DNA of 64,000 bases. It comes from Bdellovibrionota bacterium. GTDB taxonomy: Bacteria > Bdellovibrionota_C > UBA2361 > CAKMMH01. How positions within the stretch are numbered: position 1 is the stretch's first letter; each line of letters opens with the position of its first letter. Positions 1 through 11,447 of this stretch are shown here, one piece after another. The position numbers were made by a program, and so were the translations under genes. The notes beneath the pieces are model-generated. The model had not been told where the DNA came from, made no database searches, and was given only the letters and a program-made list of their open reading frames with translations. Location: assembly GCA_050952645.1 (NCBI GenBank), contig JBMNLI010000010.1, forward strand, positions 1 to 64,000, in the 5' to 3' direction.

Positions 1-235
1 GTAAAGGCCTAGCACCAGCCTTTAAATCCCTGTTAAAAAACTCCCCTAGCGACTTAAAGTCCTTTATATCCTTTGCCACTTCATCAGTATTTATCTTATA
101 AAATTTAATAAAACACTTTGTTATTAAACGTACTAAAAACTTTGGAGATTTTATATTCGCTACCTTACCTACTATAAAACTTAAATGATTCTTTGGAACA
201 AATAAAAATATCCAATACAACAACCTAGCTTTCAT
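1..235 (-). CDS. psd: Phosphatidylserine decarboxylase, N-terminal part (runs off window start)
   Basis: Manual translation MKARLLYWIFLFVPKNHLSFIVG...FKSLGEFFNRDLKAGARP matches the Psd N-terminal F.S...FF.R.LK...RP pattern; AAGGGG RBS upstream; absent from ORF track. Confidence 0.85.
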   Translation of the reverse strand, partial: MKARLLYWIFLFVPKNHLSFIVGKVANIKSPKFLVRLITKCFIKFYKINTDEVAKDIKDFKSLGEFFNRDLKAGARPL

Positions 236-455
236 AAAAAAAATCCCCTTAATATTCCATCAAATAATATACTCTAATAAAATACTCCCATTAAAACAAA
301 TTATCCTCATTAAAGCTATAAAAAATTAACTTTATTTGTAATAAAAAGAATCTTATTTTAACTTCAAAATCATAATTAAAGATTAAGAGAAATTAGTATA
401 TTATAAATTTCATAAATTACATAAAAACTAAAAATAAAAATTTTTCTTTAAAATC

Positions 456-484
456 TTGACAAAAAAACTATTAGTAATTATCAT
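456..484 (+). promoter_or_regulatory. sigma70-type promoter of tRNA-fMet
   Basis: TTGACA (456-461), 17 bp spacer, TATCAT (479-484), upstream of tRNA. Confidence 0.7.
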
Positions 485-521
485 ATACTTTGTTGTTTAA
501 ATTTACTGTTTAAATTTCTTA

Positions 522-598
<77 letters not shown>

Positions 599-683
599 AA
601 GTTTCCTCGTAATATTCAACATAATATTCAACATACATATTCATTAAATATACATAACTATAAATTTTGATTTTTTGATCCTA

Positions 684-715
684 TTGCACCGAATATTATA
701 TAACATCTGGTGCAA
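684..715 (+). terminator. Stem-loop downstream of tRNA-fMet
   Basis: TTGCACC...GGTGCAA inverted repeat; no clear U-tract. Confidence 0.4.
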
Positions 716-770
716 GATAAAGGGGAAGGGAAATAAAAAGTTCATATAAAGAATTAGTTTAAAAAAAAAT

Positions 771-871
771 GGTTCTTTACGTTTTAAGGTGGGTTTTAGA
801 CCTTAAGAATTAGTATCACTCTCCACGAAGCTCAAAAACAATTTTTCTAACCCACCCAAAACGTAAGAACC
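771..871. repeat. Dispersed palindromic repeat family A, copy 1
   Basis: GGTTCTTTACGTTTTAAGGTGGGTTTTAGACC...CCCACCCAAAACGTAAGAACC; terminal inverted repeats; core recurs near 1602, 28273, 48674 and 62453. Confidence 0.85.
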
Positions 872-875
872 AAAA

Positions 876-1006
876 TTAAGAAACACTTATATAAATTATT
901 AAAAATAGCATACGTAAATACGTATTCGCTAAAGAACAACAAATACCAGTCTTAGGCTAAGTTTTAGCTCTTAAAAACATAGCATGCGTAAAACAAGGAA
1001 GAGTTT
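876..1006 (+). repeat. Dispersed repeat module B, copy 1
   Basis: ~130 bp aligns by eye to the reverse complement of 34810-34946 (shared AAGAAACACT, CGTAAATACG, CAAATACCAGTCTTAG, AGCTCTTAAAAA blocks). Confidence 0.85.
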
Positions 1007-1152
1007 GGTTTTAAATTAAAAATTACTAGCTATCGCCACTCTTTGATTATATTTGATTACCCTTGATTATTCTTGATTATCTTTAATATCAATATCTTAA
1101 AATTTATTATCTTTAATATTATCTTTTAAAAATATCCCCCCTAAATATCTTC

Positions 1153-1590
1153 TTAATCGATATCTTTATTTATATTTTCATCTTCTATATTTTCATTTTC
1201 AATATTATTATCTTCTATACTTTCCTCTTTTCTCTTATTCTTACTTAAACTATCTTTTAATTTTGCTTTTTCTAATAAATCGCTAATATGATAATAATTA
1301 TCCGCCGATGCATCGAAAAGAAATTCAATCTCTGGCATCGTTCTACAAGATAAACTTTCAGATAAAATATATTTAAAATACCCTTTCGCAGACTCGAAAC
1401 CTCGCTCTACCTCCTCTTTTTTCTCTTTAGGTGCAACCCAAAAAATCTTTGCATACTGAAAATTAGCACTCACTTTTACACTAGTAATAGTCGCATCTTG
1501 AAGCCTAGGGTCGCTTACCTTTCTCATATTAGTAGCTAATATAACTTGTATGCGTTGCTGAAATTGATATCTTCTTTTAATATTTGCCAT
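1153..1590 (-). CDS. rbfA: Ribosome-binding factor A
   Basis: DPRL..TIT.VKVS motif, MPEIEFLFD; downstream of infB. Confidence 0.92.
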   Translation of the reverse strand: MANIKRRYQFQQRIQVILATNMRKVSDPRLQDATITSVKVSANFQYAKIFWVAPKEKKEEVERGFESAKGYFKYILSESLSCRTMPEIEFLFDASADNYYHISDLLEKAKLKDSLSKNKRKEESIEDNNIENENIEDENINKDID

Positions 1591-1601
1591 AAAAAATTAA
1601 G

Positions 1602-1666
1602 TCTCTCACGTTTTAAGGGGGAGGGTTAAAACCTCAAAATTATTATCACTCACCGACGGCTTAAAA
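1602..1666. repeat. Repeat family A, copy 2 (infB-rbfA spacer)
   Basis: CACGTTTTAAGGGGGAGGGTTAAAACCTCAAAATTATTATCACTC matches the family core. Confidence 0.75.
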
Positions 1667-1667
1667 A

Positions 1668-4466
1668 TTACTCTAACGTAGGCGCTACGTCTATCATAAC
1701 GTAAACCTCTAACTCATCTCCTACTTTGATATCATTATAATTCTCAATGCCGATACCACACTCATAACCAGCTTGAACTTCCTTAACATCATTTTTTTCT
1801 CGCCTTAAACTAGAAATCTTTCCATCGTAAATAATAACATGCTCTCTTAACACCCTAACATTAGCCCCTCTCTTAACACTGCCCGACCTAACGTAAGAAC
1901 CAGCTATAACTCCAACCTTAGGAACATGAAATGTTTGTCTAACCTCAACCATACCTAGCGTCTCTTCTTTCTTATCAGGCTTTAAAAGTCCAAGCATAGC
2001 TTGTTTAACATCGTCTATTAAATCATAAATAATTCTATAAAATCTTATCTCTATATTATTCGACTCCGCATGAGACATCGCCCTTGCTTCACCTCTAACA
2101 TTAAACCCTGCAATAATAGCATCGCTAGCATGCGCTAACTGGACATCGCTATCATTTACACCACCAACAGCACTATGAATAATATTTACTTTAACTTTTT
2201 GAGTCGATAATTTTTCAAGCGACGATTTTAACGCCTCGACAGAACCATGAACATCAGCCTTTAAAATAACATTTAATTGAACACCAAGCTCTCCACTAGC
2301 ACGTTTACTAAACTCCTCTAAAGTCATTGGTCTATCGTTTAATTCCTCTAAAGCCCTTTTCTTTTGTAATCTATAATTTGCAACCTGCCTTGCTAAAGGT
2401 TCACTCTCTACCACTATAAACTCATCTCCTGCCTCAGGAACTCCGCTAAAACCAGTAATCTCAACTGGAGATGATGGCAACGCTTTGCTTAACACCTTTC
2501 CTTGATAATCAAGCATCGAACGCACTCGCCCATGCTCAGAACCACAAACAAAAATATCTTGCTTCTTAAGCGTCCCCTCTTGTATCAATACCGTCGCAAC
2601 GGTTCCACGCCCTATAGATTGTTTAGCTTCTATTATTACGCCTTTTACACGAATAGTAGGATCAGCCTTAAGCTCTAGCATTTCAGCTTGCAAAGCCACT
2701 CCCTCTAAAAGCTCCTCTATTCCATCGCCTAAAAGTGCAGAAATCGGAAAATACATTACATCTCCTCCCCATTCCTCAGGTTGAAGCCCATGTTCTGCAA
2801 GCTGTTGCTTAATCCTATCTGGATTCGCCGTAGGTTTATCCATCTTGTTTATTGCAACTACTATACTAACCTTAGCTGCCTTTGCATGATTTATAGCCTC
2901 AATAGTTTGTGGCATCACTCCATCATCCGCAGCTACTACTAAAATAACTACATCCGTAATTTGCGCCCCTCTAGCACGCATCTCAGTAAAAGCAGCATGC
3001 CCTGGAGTGTCGATAAATGTAATATTTTTTCCATTCTCTAACGCCACCGTATAAGCTCCAATGTGTTGCGTTATCTTCCCTTGCTCCTTGTCTGCCACTG
3101 CACTATCTCTAATCCTATCTAGAAGCGAAGTTTTCCCATGGTCTACATGCCCCATCACAGTAACTACTGGTGGACGTGGTTTTAAATCCTTAGGGTCTGA
3201 CACAACCTTACCTAAGATCGCTTCTTCATCAAAAGCAACTGATTCTACTTGGAAACCAAACTCATCTGCTATAAGCGAAGCCGTATCAAAATCTATCGAA
3301 TGGTTAATAGTCGCCATAACACCAAGCCCGATAAGTTTCGAGATCACATCACTAGATTTTACACTCATCTGACGAGCAAACTCACCTACCGTTATAACCT
3401 CATCGATCCTTACAACCATTTTCGATGCTTTAGGTTGCGTTATTTCAGTCTTCTTACTTTCTTCCCTAATCTCTTCATCGCCTTTATTTCTAACTCTAGA
3501 CCACCTTGGTTTTCTTGATGGACCTCCCTCGTAGTCTACTAACTCATGTTGCGAAAACTCTCTTCTTCTCCCCTTTCTCCTATCGTATTTTTTGCCGCCA
3601 TCTTGACTACTTTCATCTTCAAAACTTTGAGTAGCACTAGCTTTCCCCTTTCTTCCTCCTTGCCCCCCTCTTGCTAAAGTCCTGTCTTTATCTTTATCTT
3701 TGTCCCTATCTTTGTCCTTATCTCGTGGAGTAGTAGCAATTTGGCTAAGCTCTATTTTACCTAAAATCTTTGGACCTAACTTGCTTTTTCTTACCTCTTC
3801 TTCTTTTACTTTCTCATTATCACTCGAAATTTCACTAGCATCTTTTGCATCTTGTATATCTTTTGCACCTTGGCTCTCATCTTTTATAGCTTTCCTATCT
3901 GCTACTTTAACCTTACTAGCAATGTTTTTGCTCTCCTCTTTAACAGACTTATCAATTTTATTAGCACCATCTTTTAAATTATCACTAATTTTTTCATCAT
4001 CAGTTTCATCTAAAGATATACTAGCTTCTTTATCTTTTACTTTTTCATCAAGTTTCTTAGCTCCCTTACTCTCACTTTCATCTTTTTTAACATCTTCTAA
4101 AACTTCCTTACTAGCCTCTTTACTCTCATCACTACTACTAGCACTCTTAGCTTCTAAATCTTCGAGTGGCTCTACGTGTCTTCTTCGTCTAATAATATTT
4201 CCAGAACGCTTCTCTACTATAGTTTTAGACTCCCCCGTTAGCTCATCAACTTTTGTTTTCCTAATTACAACGGTCTCTTTTACAGGCTCCACGCTACCCT
4301 TTTCATCTATCTCAAAAGCTTTCTTTATCCTACTTACCTCATCATCATCAAGAGCATTAGAGTGAGATTTTATGTTTACCATCCCTAACTCTTGAGCCTT
4401 GCTTATGATCTCTTTATTCTCACGTCCAAGCTCTTTTGCAAGTTCATAGATTCTCATTTTTGCCAT
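1668..4466 (-). CDS. infB: Translation initiation factor IF-2
   Basis: [24 protein letters not shown] motifs; [11 protein letters not shown]-terminus. Confidence 0.99.
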   Translation of the reverse strand: MAKMRIYELAKELGRENKEIISKAQELGMVNIKSHSNALDDDEVSRIKKAFEIDEKGSVEPVKETVVIRKTKVDELTGESKTIVEKRSGNIIRRRRHVEPLEDLEAKSASSSDESKEASKEVLEDVKKDESESKGAKKLDEKVKDKEASISLDETDDEKISDNLKDGANKIDKSVKEESKNIASKVKVADRKAIKDESQGAKDIQDAKDASEISSDNEKVKEEEVRKSKLGPKILGKIELSQIATTPRDKDKDRDKDKDKDRTLARGGQGGRKGKASATQSFEDESSQDGGKKYDRRKGRRREFSQHELVDYEGGPSRKPRWSRVRNKGDEEIREESKKTEITQPKASKMVVRIDEVITVGEFARQMSVKSSDVISKLIGLGVMATINHSIDFDTASLIADEFGFQVESVAFDEEAILGKVVSDPKDLKPRPPVVTVMGHVDHGKTSLLDRIRDSAVADKEQGKITQHIGAYTVALENGKNITFIDTPGHAAFTEMRARGAQITDVVILVVAADDGVMPQTIEAINHAKAAKVSIVVAINKMDKPTANPDRIKQQLAEHGLQPEEWGGDVMYFPISALLGDGIEELLEGVALQAEMLELKADPTIRVKGVIIEAKQSIGRGTVATVLIQEGTLKKQDIFVCGSEHGRVRSMLDYQGKVLSKALPSSPVEITGFSGVPEAGDEFIVVESEPLARQVANYRLQKKRALEELNDRPMTLEEFSKRASGELGVQLNVILKADVHGSVEALKSSLEKLSTQKVKVNIIHSAVGGVNDSDVQLAHASDAIIAGFNVRGEARAMSHAESNNIEIRFYRIIYDLIDDVKQAMLGLLKPDKKEETLGMVEVRQTFHVPKVGVIAGSYVRSGSVKRGANVRVLREHVIIYDGKISSLRREKNDVKEVQAGYECGIGIENYNDIKVGDELEVYVMIDVAPTLE

Positions 4467-4609
4467 AATATTCTCTCCTCTTTACTCCTTATTCCGTGTC
4501 TTAACTATCCTTTCTTTAAGTATCTTTCTTAAGCTTTCTTCTTAAGATTTTTTCTTAACTTAGGAATAAGTTTTATTCTTAATTTATTTATTACTAATTT
4601 ATTTATTAT

Positions 4610-4936
4610 TTATTCTCTTTTTTTTCCCTTAATTATTTCTTCCTCTAAAGTTTCACTTCTTAAAGCCTCTTTGCTTACTTCTTCAAATTCTACTTTAAAA
4701 TCTCTATTCGTTTTAAAAGCTTTTCTAAATGCCCCTACAATTAAGGGAGAATTAAAACATTCTTCATCTAAATGCACATAAGCACCACGTCCGCTTAAAA
4801 CCTGTTTACTATCGAGCAAAAAATTATCGTTTTTATCAAGCACAAATCTTAACAATTTTTTCTTATCATCCTTTTTTTTGCAAACTATACAAGTTCTCTC
4901 GTTAGTAAACATTTTTTTAGACATATTAACTAGCAC
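4610..4936 (-). CDS. ylxR: YlxR/DUF448 family RNA-binding protein (real start may be ATG at 4924)
   Basis: ERTCIVC...LLRFV...GRGAYV motif; between nusA and infB. Confidence 0.9.
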   Translation of the reverse strand: MLVNMSKKMFTNERTCIVCKKKDDKKKLLRFVLDKNDNFLLDSKQVLSGRGAYVHLDEECFNSPLIVGAFRKAFKTNRDFKVEFEEVSKEALRSETLEEEIIKGKKRE

Positions 4937-4987
4937 TTAAATTTTTTTACACTTAAATTTTTTAGCACTTAACTTTAAAGAACTCAA

Positions 4988-6463
4988 TTAAAAAATATCT
5001 CTCTTTTTTTCTTTTTTAAAGAACTCTTCTAACGTATTTTTTAAAATAGAAACTTCTTCCTCATTTAAAAAACTAAATACCGACTTATCGTTTACATCTG
5101 CAATAGCTAATTCTTGCATCGAATGAAATCCATTATCGAATAATTTATTCTTTATATCATCACTAATATTTAAATTAGTTAAATCTGAACTCTCGATGCC
5201 ACCCTTAACCTCTGTAGACACCTCTTCTTTAGAAGTAATCTCTTTTGCACTCTCGATAATACCCTTTACTAGCTCAGGGGTAATTCCTTCTATTTCTAAA
5301 AGTTCTTCTTCTGTTGCATCTGCAACGCTCCGAACGCTTCTAAAGCCATCTTGAAGTAAAAATTGTGCGATAGAAAAATCAACGCCCTTAATGCTCTCTA
5401 AAGCTGAAAGCACTTGCTTGTTTTCTTTCTCCACAGCGCCAACACTTCTAACATCGATCTTCCAGCCAGTTAACTTGCTTGCAAGTTTAACATTCTGTCC
5501 GCCTTTACCTATAGCTAAAGATAGCTGATCATCTGATACGACTACCTCCATAGTTCTTTCATCTTCGTCCATTACCACCCTAGTAACCTCAGCAGGGGAT
5601 AACGCACGAGCTACAAAAGATGGCTCATCAGATGTCCAAGTTATAATATCTATCCTCTCTCCTCTTAACTCTTGAACTATCCCCTGCACTCTAGAACCCT
5701 TAACTCCTACGCAAGCTCCAACTGGATCGATAGCAGAGTCTTCGGCATAGACAGCAATCTTTGCTCTCTCTCCTGGCTCCCTAGCTACGCTCTTTATTTG
5801 AATGATCCCTTCGGCAATCTCAGGGACTTCTTGCTCAAATAATTTTCTTAAAAAATTTGGATGGCTTCTACTTAATATTATCTGAGGACCTCTTGCCGAC
5901 CTATCTATATCTAAAATCATCGAACGCACTCTATCTCCTTGGCGATAACGCTCTTTTTCTATCTGCTCTCTCTTAGGAAGCACGGCTTCAGTTCTACCTA
6001 AATTTATAATAACATTGCCCTTTTCATACCTTTGAACGATACCATTTATAGTATCTCCCTTAGAGCCTTTATACTCTTCGTAAATAACGCCTCTTTCTGC
6101 ATCTCTTAATTTTTGAACTATAACTTGCTTAGCAGTCTGTGCGGCGATTCTACCTAAAACGGACGAGTCTAATTTTCTACCTAGTTCATCTCCTACCATC
6201 GCATCTGGGTCAAACTTTTCTCTCGCATCTTTTAAACTAATTTGCGTATCTTCATCCTCAACCTCTTCAACTACGACCTTAAACTCCACTACTTCCATCT
6301 CTCCAGTTTCAATATTGTAGCTCGTCTCGAGGTTAAGGCAATGTCCAAAATGCTTTTTAGCAGCAGATAACATCGCAGACTCGATAGCCTCAATAAGAAC
6401 TTTCTTATCGATACCTTTATCTTTTCCAATTTGGCTTATTATTGCATTTAGTTCAAATTTCAT
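4988..6463 (-). CDS. nusA: Transcription termination/antitermination factor NusA
   Basis: GRIAAQTAKQVI, S1 and KH domains (AREPGERAK, AIGKGGQNV), C-terminal HhH-like extensions. Confidence 0.98.
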   Translation of the reverse strand: MKFELNAIISQIGKDKGIDKKVLIEAIESAMLSAAKKHFGHCLNLETSYNIETGEMEVVEFKVVVEEVEDEDTQISLKDAREKFDPDAMVGDELGRKLDSSVLGRIAAQTAKQVIVQKLRDAERGVIYEEYKGSKGDTINGIVQRYEKGNVIINLGRTEAVLPKREQIEKERYRQGDRVRSMILDIDRSARGPQIILSRSHPNFLRKLFEQEVPEIAEGIIQIKSVAREPGERAKIAVYAEDSAIDPVGACVGVKGSRVQGIVQELRGERIDIITWTSDEPSFVARALSPAEVTRVVMDEDERTMEVVVSDDQLSLAIGKGGQNVKLASKLTGWKIDVRSVGAVEKENKQVLSALESIKGVDFSIAQFLLQDGFRSVRSVADATEEELLEIEGITPELVKGIIESAKEITSKEEVSTEVKGGIESSDLTNLNISDDIKNKLFDNGFHSMQELAIADVNDKSVFSFLNEEEVSILKNTLEEFFKKEKKRDIF

Positions 6464-6531
6464 GTCTTACTCACTTTTATTTATTGAAGTTTATTTATCA
6501 AAATTTATCTATTAATTATTTATCCAAAAAT

Positions 6532-6993
6532 TTATCCAAAATCAAAATCTACTCTCGCACTAATTATATTATCATATTTAATTTGCACTTCTTTTTTTAA
6601 AGCCTCATCAAATACGTTTAATATATCACCATCTATACTTTTTAATATGCCAATAAAACTTTTTTTGTTTTCCTGCATATCACGTAATTTAACCTTTACC
6701 CTCTCGGAAACTGCACCTAAAAAATGCTCCCTTACTTTTAACGCTCTATTTACCCCTGGGCTAGAAACTACTAACGAAACTTTTTCAGATAGAGAGCTTT
6801 CATATTCAGGTAAAATAGAGATTTTTTTACTTATCGTAGCGCAATCATCTAAACTTACAGCTTTATCTTTTGAAAAAATATAAACTGTAATCACTCCCGA
6901 TGTATAAGACCTAGGATACTCTATATCGTATAGTGAAAACCCCTCCCGACTTATTATCTCTTTTATCTGTTGTTCAATGTTTTCTATAAGCAT
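6532..6993 (-). CDS. rimP: Ribosome maturation factor RimP
   Basis: SLDDC...VSSPGVNR motif; upstream of nusA. Confidence 0.95.
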   Translation of the reverse strand: MLIENIEQQIKEIISREGFSLYDIEYPRSYTSGVITVYIFSKDKAVSLDDCATISKKISILPEYESSLSEKVSLVVSSPGVNRALKVREHFLGAVSERVKVKLRDMQENKKSFIGILKSIDGDILNVFDEALKKEVQIKYDNIISARVDFDFG

Positions 6994-7408
6994 CTTTTAT
7001 AAGCTTTTTTTAAATAGTTTAAAATAATTTGCTTAAATAATCTTACAGCATTTATTTACAGCATTTATATAGTCCGATATCCTTACCAACTTTTACTGCT
7101 CAAGCAAAAAGGCACAAGGCTTATTTAATATAACAAAATATGCACTTGATAAATTCTATAAAGCAAGGACTTGCTTTATAATCCGAAAAGGAAATAAAGA
7201 TACATCTTAAACTACATCTTTTAAAATACCATTTTTTTAACTTTTATGCAACTATTCAGGCTAAAAATCAATAAGTTATCGGCAAATTATCTTCAGAAAA
7301 AATGGCGACCTATAAATTATTTAAAGTTTCTTTTAAAAATATCCGACCTTTAAACTTAACAAACGAAAAAATTTAAAATAAAAAAATAAGGCAACAAAGG
7401 TAGCAAAT

Positions 7409-7780
7409 ATGGCAAATATAAAAGAAAGTAAAAAAAATAATCTTAACTCTAAAAATAACAATAACCGATTTAATTCAAACGATAATTTTTCAGATGATAA
7501 CATTTGTGAAATTATCCAAATGGCTGTAAATGATATCGAAGAACTATACTCACACTTTGATAAACTCACACTTTTTGAAGACTTTAATGATAAAGAAACT
7601 TCAGAAAGTTTAGAAAACTTAAACCGCTTAGAAGATTTTGAAAATTGTTTTGAAAATTATAGCGATATCCTAACGGATACGGAGCTTTATAGCTCTTACG
7701 ACCCTTTAGAAGCAGAGTTTGATAAATACTTCGTCAATTTAAGCGATAATTATAATCGCCGTGCATTCTTAATACACTAA
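7409..7780 (+). CDS. Hypothetical acidic, Asn-rich protein
   Basis: 123 aa ORF divergent from rimP with AAGG upstream; no recognised motif. Confidence 0.5.
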   Translation: MANIKESKKNNLNSKNNNNRFNSNDNFSDDNICEIIQMAVNDIEELYSHFDKLTLFEDFNDKETSESLENLNRLEDFENCFENYSDILTDTELYSSYDPLEAEFDKYFVNLSDNYNRRAFLIH

Positions 7781-7879
7781 TATTATAAACATTAAAACAT
7801 AAACATATTAAATAAAGACTAATATAATATTTAGTAAAATATTAGTTTTTTATCATCCTTTTTTTATCACCGTTTTTTA

Positions 7880-8986
7880 TCACAGTTTTTTATCATCATC
7901 TCTATAAGGAAATGTTCTTAAAATAGCATAATTATAGTAATGATTAAAAATAACTTTAAGTGCTGAAAGACAAGGAATCGCTATAAGCATACCAAAAATT
8001 CCCATAAGTTTTGCACCAGCTATTAAAGCTAGCATTATAGCAAGAGGGGAAAGACCGACATTTTTTCCTTGTATTCTAGGAGTGATAAATACACTTTCTA
8101 AAATTGATACCACACTAAAAACTACTAACACCCCAATTACCATCACCCAACCACCGCCAGAGACTAGCGACATTATAAGTGCAAAAATTATTCCAACCAT
8201 CACACCTAGGTACGGCACTAAATTAGCAAACCCAGAAACAAACGCTATAACTATCCATAAGTCTACGCCTACTAGCGAAAGACCTATAGCATAAAGAATA
8301 GAAAGCACTAAACATATTAAAAGCTGCCCTCTTAAGTAAGCAGAAATAAACTTATCTATATCGACTAATAAATTACTTAAACCTTTTTTATATTGCCTAG
8401 GTATTAAATCAAAAAAAGATTTATTTATCTTATCAAAATCAACGCAAAAATAATAAGCAAATACTGGGAATAAACACGCATTTATAATTGCCATCGTATA
8501 TGAGTAGCCCGTAAGTAAAGTGCTTCCTACCCCTTTAAAAATCTTTTGAAGATTCTCGGCATTAAGTAAAGAAAAAACTTTATTTGGAGAAATGTCAGTT
8601 AAGTCGAGACTTGGAAACTTTTTCTGCATATACTCAAACGCATGAGAAAAATTTACTCTAAAAAAATTAACTATATCAGGAATTTTTTCTTGAAGGATTA
8701 AAATCTCTTTTATAAAGTAAGGCGTTACTATTAACAAAAATAAAAATAATACTAAAGCTAATATCACCACTATAACAAATACACCAACCGACCTTGGAAC
8801 TTTTCTCGTTTCTAAATAATCTAACGCTGGGTCTACTATATAAGCTAATATATAGGATAGCACTAGCATAAAAGCTACATCACGAAGCAAATAACAAATA
8901 AAAATCGCTATTAAAAAAAAGAAAACCATTAGAAGCTTTGGAGCAATTAGTTTTTCTTTATAACAATTATTATCACTTTTCATCAA
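7880..8986 (-). CDS. AI-2E (PerM/YhhT) family transporter
   Basis: Multi-TM; YLRGQL, NLVPYLG, PRIQG..VGLSP, GIFGMLIAIP motifs. Confidence 0.92.
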   Translation of the reverse strand: MMKSDNNCYKEKLIAPKLLMVFFFLIAIFICYLLRDVAFMLVLSYILAYIVDPALDYLETRKVPRSVGVFVIVVILALVLFLFLLIVTPYFIKEILILQEKIPDIVNFFRVNFSHAFEYMQKKFPSLDLTDISPNKVFSLLNAENLQKIFKGVGSTLLTGYSYTMAIINACLFPVFAYYFCVDFDKINKSFFDLIPRQYKKGLSNLLVDIDKFISAYLRGQLLICLVLSILYAIGLSLVGVDLWIVIAFVSGFANLVPYLGVMVGIIFALIMSLVSGGGWVMVIGVLVVFSVVSILESVFITPRIQGKNVGLSPLAIMLALIAGAKLMGIFGMLIAIPCLSALKVIFNHYYNYAILRTFPYRDDDKKL

Positions 8987-9047
8987 TATTCCTTATAGTA
9001 TATTTATTATATACAAATAAAATATAAGCTTTGAAACTTTAACTCTC

Positions 9048-9117
9048 AATATAAATTAAATACAAATTAAATATAAATTAAATATAAATTAAATATAAAT
9101 TAAATATAAATTAAATA
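9048..9117. repeat. 11-bp tandem repeat (AATATAAATTA) x6
   Basis: Six copies read directly, one with a T>C variant, plus a partial copy. Confidence 0.9.
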
Positions 9118-9192
9118 ACGACTAAGCAAAAGAACTTTTTTAAGAGAAAAAGAAGGAAACTTTAAAAAGAAACTTTTAAAAGAAACTTAAAG

Positions 9193-9268
<76 letters not shown>

Positions 9269-9342
9269 GAGCGAAAATACTTCTTAAGTATCATTCATCT
9301 TAATAAAAAAATCAAGTGGTTAATAAAATTTTTAAGAAAAAA

Positions 9343-9732
9343 CTATTCTAAAACAAATTTTAAATCTTTAACTTTGTTGTTTGATGCAAAATAATTATTT
9401 AATTTTTGTAAGATATTTAATTTCTGAAATGAAAGCTCTTGCATCCAAGATGCACTCGAAACTTTAATATAAAGGACTCTGTTTTTTAAAAGCATCGGAG
9501 TCGCATTATTTGCTATCCCTTCCCCTACAATGTCTTTCCAATTAGAAACGAATTGATACTCTGCAAATTTTTGACTAAGTCCTCGTTTATAAAAAAAGGC
9601 GGATAAAAATCTTTGCGGATTTTCCGCCTTTCTTTTTAAACGATATAGAGAAACTCTATCTTTATTTTCAATTAATCCCTGTCTTAATTCTTGAGATTGT
9701 AAAAATTCCGTTTCTCTTTTCTTATATGACAT
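9343..9732 (-). CDS. DUF721/DciA family protein
   Basis: WKDIVGEGIA...VLYIKVSSASWMQELSF..NILQKLN pattern. Confidence 0.85.
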   Translation of the reverse strand: MSYKKRETEFLQSQELRQGLIENKDRVSLYRLKRKAENPQRFLSAFFYKRGLSQKFAEYQFVSNWKDIVGEGIANNATPMLLKNRVLYIKVSSASWMQELSFQKLNILQKLNNYFASNNKVKDLKFVLE

Positions 9733-9867
9733 ACTTAATACTTTAATTTATATAACTTAAAATTTTTTTTAATTTTTAAATTCTCTTTTGCAATAATAAA
9801 ACAACAAAAAACATTACTGCAAATAAACTCAAATTTTAAAAGTACTCAAATTTTAAGTAGCAAAATA

Positions 9868-11046
9868 CTAATTAACTTTATTAGCATCTTTTCTTAAAAA
9901 AGGAGGTATGCCACGGTCGTCATTATCATCATTAGCGCCTATAACGGGCACTTTATTAACTCGAACGCCCGATAAAGGAATAGTTTGCGTAGCCTCGGTA
10001 ATACCGCCAACCTTAGGACGTCCTCCCCAAAAAGATGGTCTATCATCTCTTATAGTTTCGATACTAGGGCTTTTAGTTTCTGCACTACCACCATCAAACC
10101 CAGTAGCTATAACGGTTACTCGTACCTCATCTTTAAGGTTTTCATCTATTACCATACCCCAAATAATTTGAGCATCCTCTAAAGCCTCAGCTTGAATAAG
10201 CTCCGCAGCTTCCGTAACTTCTTGGATAGTAACGTCTGGAGAACCAGTAATGTTGATAAGCACGCCACGTGCACCACGCATCGAAACATCTTCTAAAAGT
10301 GGACTTGAAATAGCTTTTTCAGCAGCCTCAACAGCACGATTATCACCTACTGCTGAGCCTGAACCCATCATAGCCATTCCCATTTCAGACATTACTGCTC
10401 TAACATCTGCAAAGTCTAAGTTTACGAGACCTTCAAAAAGAATTAAATCACTTATGCCTTTAACTGCTTGATACAACACATCGTCGGCTTTCTTAAATGC
10501 ATCTATCAAAGAAGTGTTTCTTCCTGCTATCGATAAAAGTCTTTGGTTAGGAATCGTGATTAAAGTATCTACGCTCTTTTTTAATTCCTCTATACCTCTT
10601 TCAGCGTTTTTAAGTCTTCTTTTTCCTTCAAATGAAAACGGTTTAGTTACTACACCAACGGCTAAGCAACCAAGCTCTCTTGCAACTTCCGCTACAACCG
10701 ATGCACCTAAAGTTCCCGTTCCACCACCCATACCAGCAGTAATGAAAACCATATGTGCACCCTCTAGTGCCGTTCTTATTTCTTCGACACTCTCTTTTGC
10801 TGCAGCATAACCGATATCTGGGTCTGCCCCTGCTCCTAAACCTTGCGTCACTTCTCCGCCAATTTGAATTCTCTCTGGGGCTTTGCTTGATAACAATGCT
10901 TGAGCATCTGTATTCGCAGCATAAAACTGAACCCCCTCCAAACCACTTTCAAGCATATTATTAACAGCATTAACTCCAGCGCCACCAATTCCAAATACTT
11001 TAATGACAGCTTTTCTTGCTTTTAGTTCTTCTGTTAAATCACTCAT
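9868..11046 (-). CDS. ftsZ: Cell division protein FtsZ
   Basis: [32 protein letters not shown]7 loop, C-terminal IPPFLRK peptide. Confidence 0.98.
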   Translation of the reverse strand: MSDLTEELKARKAVIKVFGIGGAGVNAVNNMLESGLEGVQFYAANTDAQALLSSKAPERIQIGGEVTQGLGAGADPDIGYAAAKESVEEIRTALEGAHMVFITAGMGGGTGTLGASVVAEVARELGCLAVGVVTKPFSFEGKRRLKNAERGIEELKKSVDTLITIPNQRLLSIAGRNTSLIDAFKKADDVLYQAVKGISDLILFEGLVNLDFADVRAVMSEMGMAMMGSGSAVGDNRAVEAAEKAISSPLLEDVSMRGARGVLINITGSPDVTIQEVTEAAELIQAEALEDAQIIWGMVIDENLKDEVRVTVIATGFDGGSAETKSPSIETIRDDRPSFWGGRPKVGGITEATQTIPLSGVRVNKVPVIGANDDNDDRGIPPFLRKDANKVN

Positions 11047-11447
11047 ACTTATACATCCTTATATCAATTAGGTTAATTCCATAAACTTTATATCTACAAA
11101 AAGGCTATAAATAAAGACTATAAAAAATTATACTCTCTTATCAATGTTCTTACCGTTTTTATCAAACTTATTTAAAGCTTATAAAAGCTTATATTAAAAC
11201 ATTGTTTATTTAAAACGTTATTCTACACTAAGTTTTAATAAATATCAAAGGAGTAGCAAATATTATTATTTATAAAAAAGAATAAAGAAAAACTATGTTT
11301 TAGTTTTAATCGTCTAAAAACCGCATAAGCCTTTTTGCACTATGTAGATCCTACATATTTTAGCGAAAAAACACAATATCAAATAAAAAATAAAATAAAA
11401 AACTTTAAAAATATACTTAAATTGCGATAAAAAACGATATAAAAAAG

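Noticed and set aside
3061..4365. Plus-strand ORFs inside infB and other antisense ORFs in the track
   Set aside because: Shadow frames opposite well-supported genes; composition mirrors the sense codons
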